DNA of 64,000 nucleotides from the human T2T-CHM13v2.0 reference genome, Homo sapiens. The notes under the pieces are model-generated. The model was not told the DNA's origin. It ran no database searches and saw only the letters and a list, made by a program, of their open reading frames with translations. The position numbers and the translations under genes were made by a program. Shown here in pieces: positions 1 to 14,970 of this stretch; within the stretch, counting starts at the first letter, position 1; every line of letters starts with the position of its first letter. The stretch is from assembly GCF_009914755.1 (NCBI RefSeq), contig NC_060929.1; one strand, written 5' to 3'.

Positions 1-474
1 ATCTAAAAATTTCCTGTGTCCTTTTAGGTTTTTAGGTGGTAAGAACACTTAATATAAGACCTACTCTCTTAACAAATGTTTATGTGCACATTACAGTATT
101 GGTAACAACTCTAAGTGCTATGTTGTATAGCAGATGTCTACAATTTTTCATGTGGTATAATCAAAACTATACCAATTGAACAACCCCCCATTTTCCCTTT
201 CACCAGCCCCTGGGTAACCACCATTTCATTCTCTGCTTCTATGAGCCTGATTATCCAGGGTATCTCACATAAGTGGAATCATCCTGTAATTGTCCTTCTG
301 TGACTGGCTTATTTATTTCACTTGGCATAATGTCTTCCAGAAACATCCATGTCATCACAAATATTAAGATTTCCTTCCTTTGTAAGGTCAAATAATTTTC
401 CTTTGAATGTATATACCATGTTTTCTTTATCCATTCATTTGTCAATGGACATATGGGTTGTTTCTATATCTTGG
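1..474 (-). mobile_element. Old LINE-1 (L1MA/L1MB-type) 3' region, antisense; resumes at 2127
   Basis: Typical L1 3' antisense text (ctggcttatttatttcacttggcataatgtcttcc, ccattcatttgtcaatggaca). The ORF 251..445(-) resembles the ORF2 C-terminus (WIKKTWYIH). Confidence 0.85.
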
Positions 475-915
475 TATGATGGTTAATATTGAGTGTAAAC
501 TTGATTGAAGTATGCAAAGTATTGTTCCTGGGTGTGTCTATGAGGGTGTTGCCAAAGGAAATTAACATTTGCGTCAGTGGACTGGGAAAGGCGGACCCAC
601 CCTCAGTCTGGGTGGGCACAATCTAATCAGGTGCCAACATGGCCAGAATAAAAGCAGGCAGAAGAATGTGGGAAGACTACACTGGTTTAGTCTTCTGGCC
701 TTCATCTTTCTCCCCTCCTGGATGCTTCTTTCCCTCAAACATCGGACTCCAAGTTCTTCAGCTTTGGGACTCGGACTGGCTTTTTTGCTCCTCAGTGCAG
801 ACGGCCTACTGTGGGACCTCACCTTGTAATCGTGTGAGTCAATACTCCTTAATAAACTCCCCTTTATATATACATCTATCCTATTTGTTCTGTCCCTCTA
901 GAGAACCCTAATACA
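475..915 (+). mobile_element. MLT2 (ERVL) solo LTR
   Basis: Starts tatgatggttaatattgagtg, contains ggcggacccaccctcagtctgggtgggcacaatctaatcag, ends ctctagagaaccctaataca; matches the MLT2A/B consensus as I recall it. Confidence 0.85.
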
Positions 916-1299
916 CACTTCAACTTCAAGGATGCTTGCATTTTTCCTAACACCTTCACTTTCATGTAACATCTGCCCACTACACTTGCCTCTATATAGA
1001 TGATGTACCTTACAGTAGATAAAAAATCTGCCCTCATTATCACTCTTAAAGATTCTTGGCCATCCCTGCCCCCAACTTTGTATCAGTTGAGGAATTTGTC
1101 CTTTTTTTCTGTTATATTTTTACAAAAGTACATCTGTAAACTATTGTGGAACTGTATAGAATAGGACCATTCCAAGTACAGGCTATCCAATCTCAATTGG
1201 TCTTTTAATACTGTGTGAAATTCTTTTTTTAAAAATGTCATGTGTTGATATACATTCTCTCAAAAGCTCTAGTAACCTACCAGTCCTCTTATTTGTATT

Positions 1300-1415
1300 A
1301 ACATAAATAATAGTTCATATTTATTGAATGCTGTTTGTGATAGGTGTTTTATAAGTATTATCTCATTTAATCCTCACAACAACCCTATGATAGATATTAT
1401 TCTTCTCCTTTTCTT
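1300..1415 (-). mobile_element. MIR SINE fragment
   Basis: MIR core text tattatctcatttaatcctcacaacaaccctatga. Confidence 0.7.
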
Positions 1416-1419
1416 CATA

Positions 1420-1778
1420 TTTACTGGTGTATAATGAGAGATATTACAAAGGCTACAGATGAAGAGATTCATAGGATGAGATATGAGGGAATAGGTACAG
1501 AGCTTCCATTCTCTACCTGGGCTCACCACCCTCCAGGAACCCCCAGGCGTTCAGCTACCCGGAAGCTCTCTGAACTTGATCCTCTTGGGTTTTTATGGAT
1601 GCTTCATGATGTCAGCATTCCTTCCCCCTGGGTATGGAGCAGGACTCTCTCTGGAATGAGGGTTTTATGAACCATAATCAGAAAAGTGGGGAAGATTAGT
1701 GTCCTGCCTTGGGGCAAGTGAAAAGAGGGCAGGAGAAAGTCAGAGAGATTCTGTTTTTTGAGGCTGCCCCTAAGGTCT
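1420..1778 (-). mobile_element. MER21-family LTR fragment
   Basis: gatattacaaaggctacagatgaagaga...caccaccctccaggaac...ttcagctacccggaagctctctgaac resembles MER21; truncated at the THE1 junction. Confidence 0.65.
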
Positions 1779-2126
1779 ATGTTTGGCTGTGTCCTCACCC
1801 AAATCTCATTATAAATTGTAGCTCCCACAATTCCTACATATCATGGGAGGGACGTGGTGGGAGGTAATTGAATCACGGGGACGGGTCTTTCCTGTGCTGT
1901 TCTCATGATAGTGAATAAGTCTCAAGAGATCTGATGGTTTTATAAGGGAGAGTTTCCCTGCACAAGTTCTCTCTTTCACGCTGTCATATAAGACACACCT
2001 TTTATCTTCCACCATGTGAGGCCTCCCCAACCATGTGGAACTGTGAGTCCATTAAACCTCTTTTTCTTTATAAATTACCCAGTCTCAGGTATGTCTTTAT
2101 TAGCAGTGTGAGAAGAGACTAATACA
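1777..2126 (+). mobile_element. THE1 (MaLR) solo LTR lacking its first few bases
   Basis: tttggctgtgtcctcacccaaatctcat ... aattacccagtctcaggtatgtctttattagcagtgtgagaagagactaataca. Confidence 0.9.
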
Positions 2127-2450
2127 CTTGGCTATTGTAGATAATGTTGCAATGAGCACAGGAGAGCAGATATTTCTTCAAGATCCTGATTTCAATCCTT
2201 TAGGATATATACACAGAAGTGGGATTGCTCAATGATATGGTAGTTCTATTTTAAATGTTTTTAAGAGCCTTCATACTGTTTTCTATAATGGTGGCATCAT
2301 TTTACTTTCTCACCTATAGTGTACAAGGGTTCCAATTTGTCCACATCCTCACAAAGACTTATCTTTTTTTGTTTCATAACAGGCATCCTAAGAGATAATA
2401 TTTCATTGAAGTTTTGATTTGCATTTCCCTGAACTAGTGATCTTGAGTAT

Positions 2451-2490
<40 letters not shown>
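2451..2490. repeat. (TCTA)10 tetranucleotide microsatellite
   Basis: Ten perfect TCTA units. Confidence 0.97.
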
Positions 2491-2491
<1 letters not shown>

Positions 2492-3171
2492 ACTAGTTGA
2501 CCATTTGTATGACTATTTTAAAGAAAGCATATTTTTAATCATGTTATTAGGATCTTTGCTATTAAGTTGTAGGACTTCCTTATATGTTTTGGAGATTAAT
2601 CCCTTATTAGATATATGGTAAGCAAAGATTGTCTCCCACTTCTAAAGTTGCCTTTTTATTCTATTCTTTCCTTTGCGATGTAGAAATTACTTAGTTTGAT
2701 GCAAGTCTACTTGTCTAATTTTTCTTTGGTCTGATTTTTCTTTTGTTGCTTGTGTTTTTGGTGTCATATCCAAGAAATCACTATCAAGCCCAATGTCATC
2801 AAGCTTTTCCTCTATATTTTCTTCTAGGGGTTTTATACTTTTGGGTCTTACATTTAAATCTCTAATCCATTTTTAGTTTATTTTTGTGTATGGTGTAAGA
2901 TAAGGATTCAATTTCATTCTTTTACATGTGGATAAACAGTTTTTTCAACACCACTTATTGGAGACTGCTCTCTCCTCAATGTGTATTTTTGTTACCCTTG
3001 TCAAAAATCAATATATGCATGGGTTTATTTCTGGCTTTTCTGCTCTGTTCCATTGGTCTACATGTCTGTTTTTATGCCAATACCATACTGTTTCGATTAC
3101 TGTAGCTTTGTAATACATTTTGAAAACTGGAAGGTTGATGCCTTCAGTTTTTTCTTTTGCTCAAAACTCCT

Positions 3172-3610
<439 letters not shown>

Positions 3611-4902
3611 TTAACAATATTAAATCTTCTGAGCCACAAACACAGCATTTTCAATTTACTGTGTCTTCTTTAATTTCTTTCATCAATAATTTGTAGTTTT
3701 CAATGTGTATGTCTTTTACTTCCTTGATTAAGTTTATTTCTATGTTTTTTAATTCTTTTTGATGCTATTGTAAATAGGATTTTTTTCTTAATTTCTGTTG
3801 TAGCTATTTCAATGTTAGTATATGGAAACAGAACTGATTTTTGTATGTTGATTTTGTTTCCTACAAATTTACTGATTTTCTTTTTTTAGTTCTAATGGGT
3901 TTTTTTGTGGGCTCAAAAACACTTTTTTTACATATAAAATAATGTCATCTGCAAATAGAGATCATTTTACTTCTTCCTTTCCAGTTTGGATGTCTTTTGA
4001 AATATGGCTTTTAACCTAAATTCAGATGGCTAAGTAACTACATTTCTTAAAAGTATTATTCAACTAATTGGTATGCTCTGCTGACACTCCATAATTTCCT
4101 TGCAATGACAATGGCAAATTATCATAATTACAGAATTTCAAAATAGTCTTTCCTGGTTTTCCCAAATGGCTATTTTTTGGTCATTCATTCAATAATCATT
4201 CATCAAAATATATTAAGTGTAATAATACTTATTAATATAAAAATATAAAATCCATAAACAAGTAGAGATTTTTGCTTATTTTCTTCACTGATGTGCTCTG
4301 GCTCTGAGTACCAGTTTCTGAGACACTTCATATACTCACAACAAATATTTGTTGAATGAATAAATAAAGTGTATATGAGATGTCAATCTCATACAGCTAA
4401 CTAAGAATTTTAAGTATGAATATGAAATAAGAAATGATCCTGAAACTCAAGAAGCCCATAGTCCTTTCTTCCCTAAATTATCTTCCTAAACTAACCTTCA
4501 CATTCCTAGGAAAACTACCATCACATTATGTGACAGTACTAGAAGGGTGCGGAATTCTAGTACACAATGAGGGATAGAAAGTATCTATGTTCACTTTGAC
4601 ATGCCATGTTGCCCCTATATGCAGTTAAACACTTTCAGTAAATAGTTGCACTAAAATTTACTTATGCTATTTACTTTTAGAAGTTTTACTTTAATTAGGA
4701 ACATAAAAATCCAGCTCCAATTGGGAAATTACAAAACGTTTCATGTGTTGCATCAGTCAGATTATTGAGGCATTTCCAGTAATGCATTTATGGTTCGTTT
4801 GCTTTTCTATGTTAATTTAACCCTTACACATTTCTTCACCATTTTCTTGTCTAATTGATTATCTGTCAAGAAGTTTGTTTTCTCGTTAATTAAAAAATAT
4901 CA

Positions 4903-5247
4903 CAGTAGTCCTCCCTTATGAGCTGTTTTATTTTCTGCAGTTTCAGTTACCCATGGTCAACAGCAGTCAGAGAATAGGTTAGCATAGTACAGTACAGTAT
5001 AGTACAATAAGATATTTTGAGAGAGAGAGACCACATTCCCATATTTTTGTTACAGTATATTGTTATAATTGTTCTATTTTATTATTAGTTAACCTTTTAC
5101 TGGGCCTAATTTATAAATTAAACTTTATCATAGCTGTGTTGGTATAGGAAAAATACATAGTATACACAGCATTTGGTACTATCCAGGGTTTCAGGAGTCC
5201 ACTGGGGGTCTTGGAACATAGCCTTCATGAATAAGGAGAGACCATTG
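4903..5247. mobile_element. MER44A (TcMar-Tigger MITE)
   Basis: Terminal inverted repeats cagtagtcctcccttat / ataaggagagaccattg; internal gagagagaccacatt and actgggggtcttggaac. Confidence 0.85.
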
Positions 5248-8200
5248 CATAGGAAACTATTTACTTTTTGAAAATTAGTACACTTTAACATCAAGGTATA
5301 TCATTTAGCACACTTTAACATCAAGATAAATAATAAATTTGGGGATGTTTATGATTGGCTTACCAGGAAGACTGTTAACTCTTTTGGTTACATAGTAGAT
5401 TACTACTATTTACTCCATGCATCAGTTGCCTAAAACAGCAAATATATCTCACAGTTGATAACAGTGATTCTGACCTGAGACATTTAATGTATTATTTAAT
5501 TACAGATAGAATATTATTCTCAAGTGTTAAATTTCACATACATGTTAATGTGCAATTTATCCTATGGTGAAGTTCACTATAGAGTTTTGTTAAACTTAAA
5601 ACTCTTCAAAATCATATTCTCAGCAAACCATACCTCTGAGGTGTTAAACTAATCAAATAGCATCACTACAACCTGTTCAAGACACTGAGTTATGAAAATT
5701 GTAGATTTTCTCACTTAGACTTAATAAGTATTGGACTTACAATTGATTCTTAAGATCTTCTGCACATTCAAACATTAAGCAATAAAACTGAAAATAGCAC
5801 TACTTAAATATTAGTGTTTTACAATCTAAATGTTTTACAATCTAAATCAGAGAAGGAAAAAAGTTATCTTCTCTATGCTCTATTAATAAAAATTGGCTTT
5901 GCATATTGAAACACTTGAAACAGTGCTTTCAAATCAAGTGCATTTTATTTTCTGTGTGTAGGTCCGCTAAGGAGTTTCATGTTAGGGCCCATGAATGTAT
6001 ACATTGGCAGTATGTGCACAAACACACTGTGGTTCTTGATTTCTGGAAGAATTCAAGTACAGAGTTCCAAAATCTCCTTTATCACTCGACATACAGAACC
6101 CTCTTGTCTTGAGTTTGGGAGTTAATTTTGCTCTTTGTCCATATTGTCCACAATCTTTTGTGTAGCCTTTTGTAAATGTAAGCAAATACTGATTATTTAC
6201 TTTGTGCTAGGCTTATAATCCTTTGCATCCAAGAATAGGATTGCTGACATAGTCTGCTTATAAATCTCTTTTTCTGTGTGGTACTGTGTCTGAAATGACC
6301 ATATATGAACTGAAGCCCAGGTCATTCTACTTATCCGAATTTTCCAGCCTATCATTAAAAAGGATATGCTCTTCTCTGCCATTCTCCTGAAGAGTTCAGG
6401 AATCAAAAAGACACTAAATTGGAATTAACAATCAAATATTTGGAAATTTTTAAATTAGAAAGTTAACTGTATCATTTTAAACTCAAAATTTAAAAAATAA
6501 TTTGATTTGATCCCTACGTCATTGGATCCCTGGAGATATTCATGTTCAGATATTCTTGTTCAGATATTCTTAATGTGTTGTTTTCCTGCCTTTTGTTCCC
6601 CATCGTATTTAATTTTTATTGTTTGGTTTTCTTCTGATATAATGGACTCTTCTGAATTGAGCTGTATAGAACACAATTTTATGTCTATGCTTTACAACTG
6701 TTCTACAAGTCTTCATTATGTGACGTTTTCTCCATCTGTTACTATTAATGAACAAAATATCTATTTCATTACTATTAATGGACAAAATATGTCAATAACA
6801 GTAGACATAAGTCTCATCCAAACTTTCAATTTCTCCCCACTTCTGACTACAAAGGCCTACCAGAACTATCACAAATTTAGATTTCCCTCAGGTATCTCGG
6901 ACTCACTAATTACAGTAGAGGGTCATAGCAAGTTTCTAAAAGAATATTACCTTGATCTCTCTGAGATGACCTCTAATGTGAACCTTCCATTGAACGTTAA
7001 CAGAAATCTCCATTCTACTGTGACCAAATAGCTTCTCTAAAATCCTTATTTGCAACATTTAGCAATTTTACAATGCAATTTTGCCTTTTAGAAATTACAG
7101 TTCACCACCACTCCTGTTGATATAGAAGAGATATCACCATTTCTCAGTAAGGGTGATGCTTAAGGCAGCATGCGGTAGAAATTTTAGTGTTCTCGAAGAC
7201 TTGCTTTATTCGGGACCTGAAAAAAAATGCAAGGTTAGAATAATTTCATTATTAACATACTCCAAATTTTTTTCTACATTGTTTCTACATGTGCCCTCTA
7301 ATTTTCTGTGGCTTCATGTAGAATTCTGGCTATCCAAAGTCTGCAATATGGATTTAAGTTTTGACTTCACCAAAGGTAATTTTTATTAAAGTATGACCTC
7401 TTATAGATTCTGCACTTTTAGAAGGAAATTTGAAATCTTACAAAGGGACTTTTATTATAAATATCTCAAATATACATATAAAGATAGATGTTAGACAGCT
7501 GGAAAGCTGAATAGGTGAAGGGAGAGATAAATAGATATATAGACAAAAATCTTCCTAATCCCACTTATATGCTCCAATTATTTCCCCAAACTAGAGAAAC
7601 ATAGCTCACAGAGATCAACAGTGTGTATTCCATGTATAAAAACTTGCCCAAATCTTTTCTGAATAATTACCATATAAATAAAAGCTAAAGAAGTAGTAAG
7701 TCTGCTATCATAATTATTTGATACATGCACATATTATATCATTATATAATTTGATATATTTTTATATATAATTTGATACATGCACATATATCATTCATGC
7801 ACATATTATACCATTATACCATTTTAATATGTGCATATGATGCACAATTCAGGCACCATATTGTGAATATCCATCCTTTGTAATTATGTTTTACAATATG
7901 TTTTAAATAAAAATGTGATTTCTAAAATTTTCTTAGTACATGTGACTACCACTAGCAGTACAGATTTCTCATTCAACAGGCTTCCAACTTTCTTCATATT
8001 CTGCATTGAAATTATGACTAGATCAACAAAGAAGAACATCCTCAAATGTTTCAACATTCTCTGTGATACCATCAACGTTTGTTGTTTGCTTAGGAGTGAG
8101 GGATATTGCTGAATTTCTTAAAAGAAACAGTCTCACTGATACTGTAATACATGGCATGAAAACCTAGTGCTGGTTTAATTTTTCAAAATGGGTATGACTT

Positions 8201-9600
8201 TCCAATTTTCTCATTCTATCATCATCTAAGAATCACGTATTTATGTTAATATTGGGTGCTATTGTTGATAAGCTACTTGTAACAAATGAGTCAAGCAAAA
8301 AGGCATGAATTCTGCAGATGGTGGAATAATTCAGTGGGATAATCTGCATAAGCAGATTCATACTTTCATAGAAAACATTTTAATTTAGTGTTTGGCTTTG
8401 ATCACTAGCTTACTGAACATCCCTAATTTTTTTCATCTAGTTCCCACCTTCTTTTTAATTAAAAATTGTACTGTGATTAGTGATTAATCTTTTTCCAAGC
8501 AGCAATATGATTATATTATGCTATGTTGTATGGTACAGATTTTCTATTGTTATAATTTCATTTGGATAGCTCTATGTTACCAGCTTCCTCAGTGAAATAC
8601 TGCTCCCTGTGAAGGAAAAGCCAACAATTCAATATTATCTTGGATTTTATTCACCTGAAAAGAAAGCATATCAAAGTTTATCAGGCCACACATATTTGAT
8701 TGGTTTATTCCCACAGAAGAAAGATATATGGTGTTCATTATCTGGGTTTCTTGTAGATTTGATCATTCATTGCTCAACATCTAATTTTTGGGGGGATGAT
8801 AATATTCACATTCAACAAGTCAACATTCCTCTAACTTAACAGAAAGAGCTATTAATGGACTCTCTCCCTCATATCATTTTTTCACATCAGGCTGATGATA
8901 GAGTATCCAAGAGGCCCCCCAAGGCTCTGAGATCCCTTAAATAGATGCTGAGCCAAAGAATGATGTTGTGAGTAAAATGTCAGGTCTCTTCCACAGCGGT
9001 GAAGAGAGTAGCAAGGCTGGTTCAAATCATGACATGTTGTGAGAAAAGTTTTTGAACAATAGTCTGTGTTCTCACTCTAGTTATTTATGCTCCTCCTCCA
9101 TTCACATGAAGTAGGTTTTTATCAGTTAGTCACCAAAAGGTAACCATCTTGCTTGGCATTATTTGCATTTAGGATTTTGGAAATTTTATTTCTATTTTGA
9201 ATTCATTTGTTTGTTATCTATTTTATTTTTAGCTTCCAGAGTTAAATTAATCACTAGAAAGTATAAAATTATTTCATGTTCTTATGTGGAAAATGAGAAA
9301 TCATAGAGAAATATATTGAGAATAATTTTAAAAACTAATCTTCACAGTAGCAAGAAATATAAAGAATACATTAAAGGGAAATGAAATTCTACTACTATAC
9401 CTGGAAGCAATAAGCCAGGACTAGACCAGACGAAGAGCAGCTGCTAGTATTTCAGTGAGAAAGCTGTCTTTTGATCTCTGTAGGGGGTATATCTTTTGAC
9501 CTCAATAAGAAGATATTTCAGCACAAAGGTTCAAATAGGTAGTTCTTCAGATTTAAATAGCAATTTTTTTTTTATCTTTTGCCAGTTTACTGGATAAAAC

Positions 9601-9786
9601 TGTGTTTCTCAAGTTTTAATGCACATCAGAATAACCCAGAGGATTTATTACAGCCAGATTGCTGCTTTCTAACCCCAGATATCCTCATGCAGTAGGTCTT
9701 GGGTGAGGCTCCTCCTGAATTTACTTTTCTAAGTTTCTGGGGGTGTTGATGCTAATTGTCAAGAAACTATATATTGAAAACCACTG
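9601..9786. mobile_element. MER5A (hAT-Charlie MITE)
   Basis: tttctcaagttttaatgcacatcagaataacc ... gcagtaggtcttgggtgagg ... ttgaaaaccactg. Confidence 0.75.
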
Positions 9787-10858
9787 GCATAGAATATACT
9801 ATTGATTTTGTGTACATATGTCCTTATAAGATACTAAATTGTTATTTTACGCCAATAGAGACTCTATTGCCCTCTTTATGTAAACAGCTCTTCTGGTGTG
9901 AATCAACATTTTAAAATGGGCCTGTCCTGTAATGGGCAGTAACATTTGAAGAAGAAAGAATATACAGAGGAGCCTTGAATGTGACATAAGGAAGTTTGAG
10001 TCTCAGCTTTTTTCACTTTTCTGTGCTCAGTGGCTTGAGATGATCAACTACAGTCAAAGGCTTTCTTTTTCTACAAAATGGGAACAATACTTATCTCCCA
10101 ACACAGAGCAACAGAAATTTAGTATCTAGTCTCTTTATATTTTTTAAATTGATTGTATATGGCATATATGGAGAAATGAAAGACAAGAATGGTATATGTT
10201 AATTAATGGGGGTTGCCTTCAAGGGGAAGAACAGAAGGGAAATACAGCATTTTACTTTGTACATTTCTGCATTGTTTGAGTCTTACATCAGTAATCATTT
10301 ATGTAGGAATTTTGTACTTAAAACAATTAGAAAGTAAATGATATGTTTTTTAAAAACGATATCAATACACTGACAGGAGGCTTCTGTTTGGAAAGCAGTA
10401 TTATCTCATAGACAAATTTGTATTTCCCTTCTAAAATACCGATCTGCGAAGGAATCCTTAGGTTTTCTGTTCATGCTAAAATAGAATCCCAAAGCAGTTT
10501 CTGTAACCGGTTATTTTTCTTTCAGCCCTAGCTCACACAGTTCCTGTGCTCTGTGTCAAAATGTGCTACTGCTGAGCACTGGGCTTCCCTTGGAGCGGTC
10601 AGTGAAAGTGATGTCTAATCAAGAATAACTTTCTCTGCAGGTTTCTTTCCTGTAATTTACTTCCCACTGATTCTCACGGAGGTGATTCCGCAGTGAAAAT
10701 ACAGTCGCTGTTTAATCAGTTCCCTTGATTTCCTTCTGAAATCCATAAGAAGATAGCATTGCAATAACACCCTGTCACTGTGGTGGCTTTAGAAACTTTG
10801 GGCATTTTGTCAACAAGCCTTCTCTTAGCAGAACCCTGCACTAGGCACTACAGCTGTG

Positions 10859-11225
10859 TGTATTAGTCTGTTCTCATGCTGCTACGAAGAACCACCTGTG
10901 ACTGGGTGATTTATAAAGAAAAGAGATTTAATTGACTCACAGTTCTGCATGGCTGGGGAGGCCTCAGGAAACTTACAATCATGGCGGAAGGCACCTGTTC
11001 ACAGGGCGGCTGGAGAGAGAATGAGTGTAAGCAGGGGAAATGCCAGACGCTCATAAAACCATCAGATCTCGTGAGACTCACTCATTATCACGAGAACAGC
11101 ATGGGCAAACTGCCACCATGATTCAATTACCTTCACCTGGTCCCATTCTTGACACATGGGGATTATAGGAATTACAATTCGAGGTAAGATTTGGGTGGGA
11201 ACACAGAGCTAAGTAAATGATATCA
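10859..11225 (-). mobile_element. THE1 (MaLR) solo LTR
   Basis: tgtattagtctgttctcatgctgct ... ggggaggcctcaggaaacttacaatcatggcggaagg ... tatca. Confidence 0.9.
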
Positions 11226-13829
11226 CTGGATAGAGAATACAGTAAAATAGAAAACATGGTCTACACCCTGTCTCTCAGCCTAGAGCATAAAGCCAGGAAG
11301 AAGGAGTGAGAGATTTGAGTACATGATGAGAAATCAGAAGTGGGTGGAAGGCAGCTAGAAAAAATGAGCAGATGAAGCAAGAAGAGTGAAGAAGAAGACT
11401 GGATTGCATTTTCTAAAGAAGGAATATTGAAAAGTTTCAGAGTTAACAACTCTAGCTTTAAAATTTTAATTGTAATGTAAAAGTGAAAAGATGCCAAAAT
11501 TTTCTGAAGCAACCCTAGGAATAGGGTGTTATTCCCCAGAGAGACTATATGCAGGTTCCATTTCACTGTACTCCCTCCCAGCTGCCCCCATGATCCTTAG
11601 CTGAGCTGCCTCAGTTAAGGATCATATTCCAGTGATGGTTTGTCTGAATGTCTGTCTGTATTCTAGACCACAAGTCAGAAGTTCAAAGGCGGAAATTCAG
11701 TTCATACTCTGTTTTGCAATGATTACTGTGTTGCTTAAAGGTCACAAATATGTTGAGTAAATAAAAACAGTTTAAAAAAAAAATTAAGTTCCTGAAACAT
11801 AATCTGATACCGAAAGGCATTGTGAGTTATTTTGAGAAAAATTGTAGATGCTACTAAATTAGGCTCTATGTTTTCCAGTTGCTATTATTTAGAATTCTAT
11901 GTATTCTAGTTTCATAGCTTCCTTTGGTTGTTTTTCCTTTTATGGAATTCCTAACATATCCATTCTTTTTTTCTTTAATTTTTTCTCAAACTGTCTTCCA
12001 AACTAACCTTTCCTTTGAACCTGTGCTTCTTAATTGTCAATGCGATAAAACATATTGGTTCCTTTGTTTTGTTCCTGCATTCTTTTAAACAAACAAACAA
12101 CGAAATGGAAGGAAATGTGTCAAGGTCGCTATTGAAAATAGAAAACAGAACTCTAAAGGAAGATTGCTACCAAGAGAATTGTTTTTAAATCCAGAGAAAA
12201 TCACTATGATTTTGTTTTTCTTTGTGTGAGTCCTTTTCTACACATTGATTGTGGCTGTGCCAAGTAACAGAAGGGAAGAGAAAAGCCATTTTAGGACACG
12301 CCTGGCAGCATGCAGGTGATTTGGGGCACAGAGGAATTCCAGATCCGCCCACCATAATGAAGTAAAGAAACCACAAGGCCGGGAAGAGACAAGGAAAGAA
12401 CAATTGAAGACCATTCCAGGGAAGAGATCAGGCCTAATAAGCAGATGCTAACTGGAAGTTCAATTAAGTCAGAATGGAATCTGGGGCAAGAAGAGAAAAG
12501 CTGTCAGAGTGAATGAATTAATTTTATAGAGAAGTATAATGCCACACCTATCCAGGTTTATAATCTCAATATCAAATAACAATCATTCTTCAAGCCTAAA
12601 TCATAGCTTCTTCTGAAATTCTTTCTTGACAACCCCAAAGTGACATGTTTTCTTCTTGGCTCCTTTAGTTCTCAAGGGTGCACTTCTCATTCATTAGCCA
12701 ACATAGCCTACCTTGTGTCCTGGTTACTTTTCTTGTGTGATGTGTGAACTCTCCTGTGTTGAAGCTTTTACAATTTCTTTTTTGCAACTTCTAGATTGTT
12801 TGTCTTTTACTTAAATAAATATTTAACTACTGCGGTGACCATTACATCATATGATCATCTGATGACATCAAAATCCCTCATATGAGTAATACTGTTGTAA
12901 TCTCAAATCAAGTTCAAAAGAAAAAGACTCTATTCTCTAGCACCTTGCACTGTGTACAAGATTGGTAAATTGATGCCATGTCATTGGAATATGGAAGATG
13001 TTCATAAACCAGTCCCAGACATTCTCAGATCCATTTGATTTCCTTGATATGCTTCACACTTTCACACTATCTGAAATTATTGTGTCCCCCTCTTTGTATT
13101 TTTCTCCCAACTAAATTGTAAGCTCTGTGTGTGCCAGGAGCATTTCTGTTTTGTTCCCTGACAAATCTTTAGGGCCTAGAAAAGTAGCACTTATCAGGAG
13201 CTCCGTATCTGTTGAATGGAAAAACTGCTGTTGATTTTAACCAGATAATATGAAGCCCTATAATCCAAAAGTATTGACAGAGCTTATAAAATTAGGTCCT
13301 TAGTGTAAAGAATTAGGCAAGGTCTGTATTGATGTAGAAAGATGTTAAAAGGTGCAAAAGCAAATATGCCATAGGCCTGTCTGCAAAAGGGAGAAATACT
13401 TATAGGAAGAGGATAGTACTTTGTGAGTTACAAAGACCAACATGAAGCTTCCAGCTTTCTATTTACCAAGTCTTTAAGACTTGGTAAGTGGAATTATCAT
13501 CAGTTGTATGGTCTCTACTGTATTTTATGCCTACAAACATTGGTGTTCAAAGTTGTTTTTACAATTAGGCTATACATTTAGTTACACTACTCATACAATT
13601 ATCTATAGCAGAACTTCAGCCATTTGTCTTGTCTCTTGAAGTCCATCCTTCCATGTTACCTCCTTGGCTTATGTACATTATAGGAGTAACTCATAAAGGA
13701 CAAAGTGCTCACACACTGGTCTCTGTTCCCTACTGTACTTCAAGAGTAGAAGCATAAGTCAGTGCAGCCACAGAAGAGAGCAAAATGACACTAGTATAGA
13801 TGAAGATAATCACATCCCAAGCCTTGGGG

Positions 13830-14970
<1,141 letters not shown>

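Noticed and set aside
6507-7031. 174-aa plus-strand ORF, the longest outside repeats
   Set aside because: Non-ATG start, no recognisable domain, contains micro-duplications, and has no clear splice context; not supportable as a CDS.
7884-8117. Possible exon on either strand near 8.0 kb
   Set aside because: Acceptor-like sites exist on both strands, but there is no good minus-strand donor and no recognisable peptide; too ambiguous.
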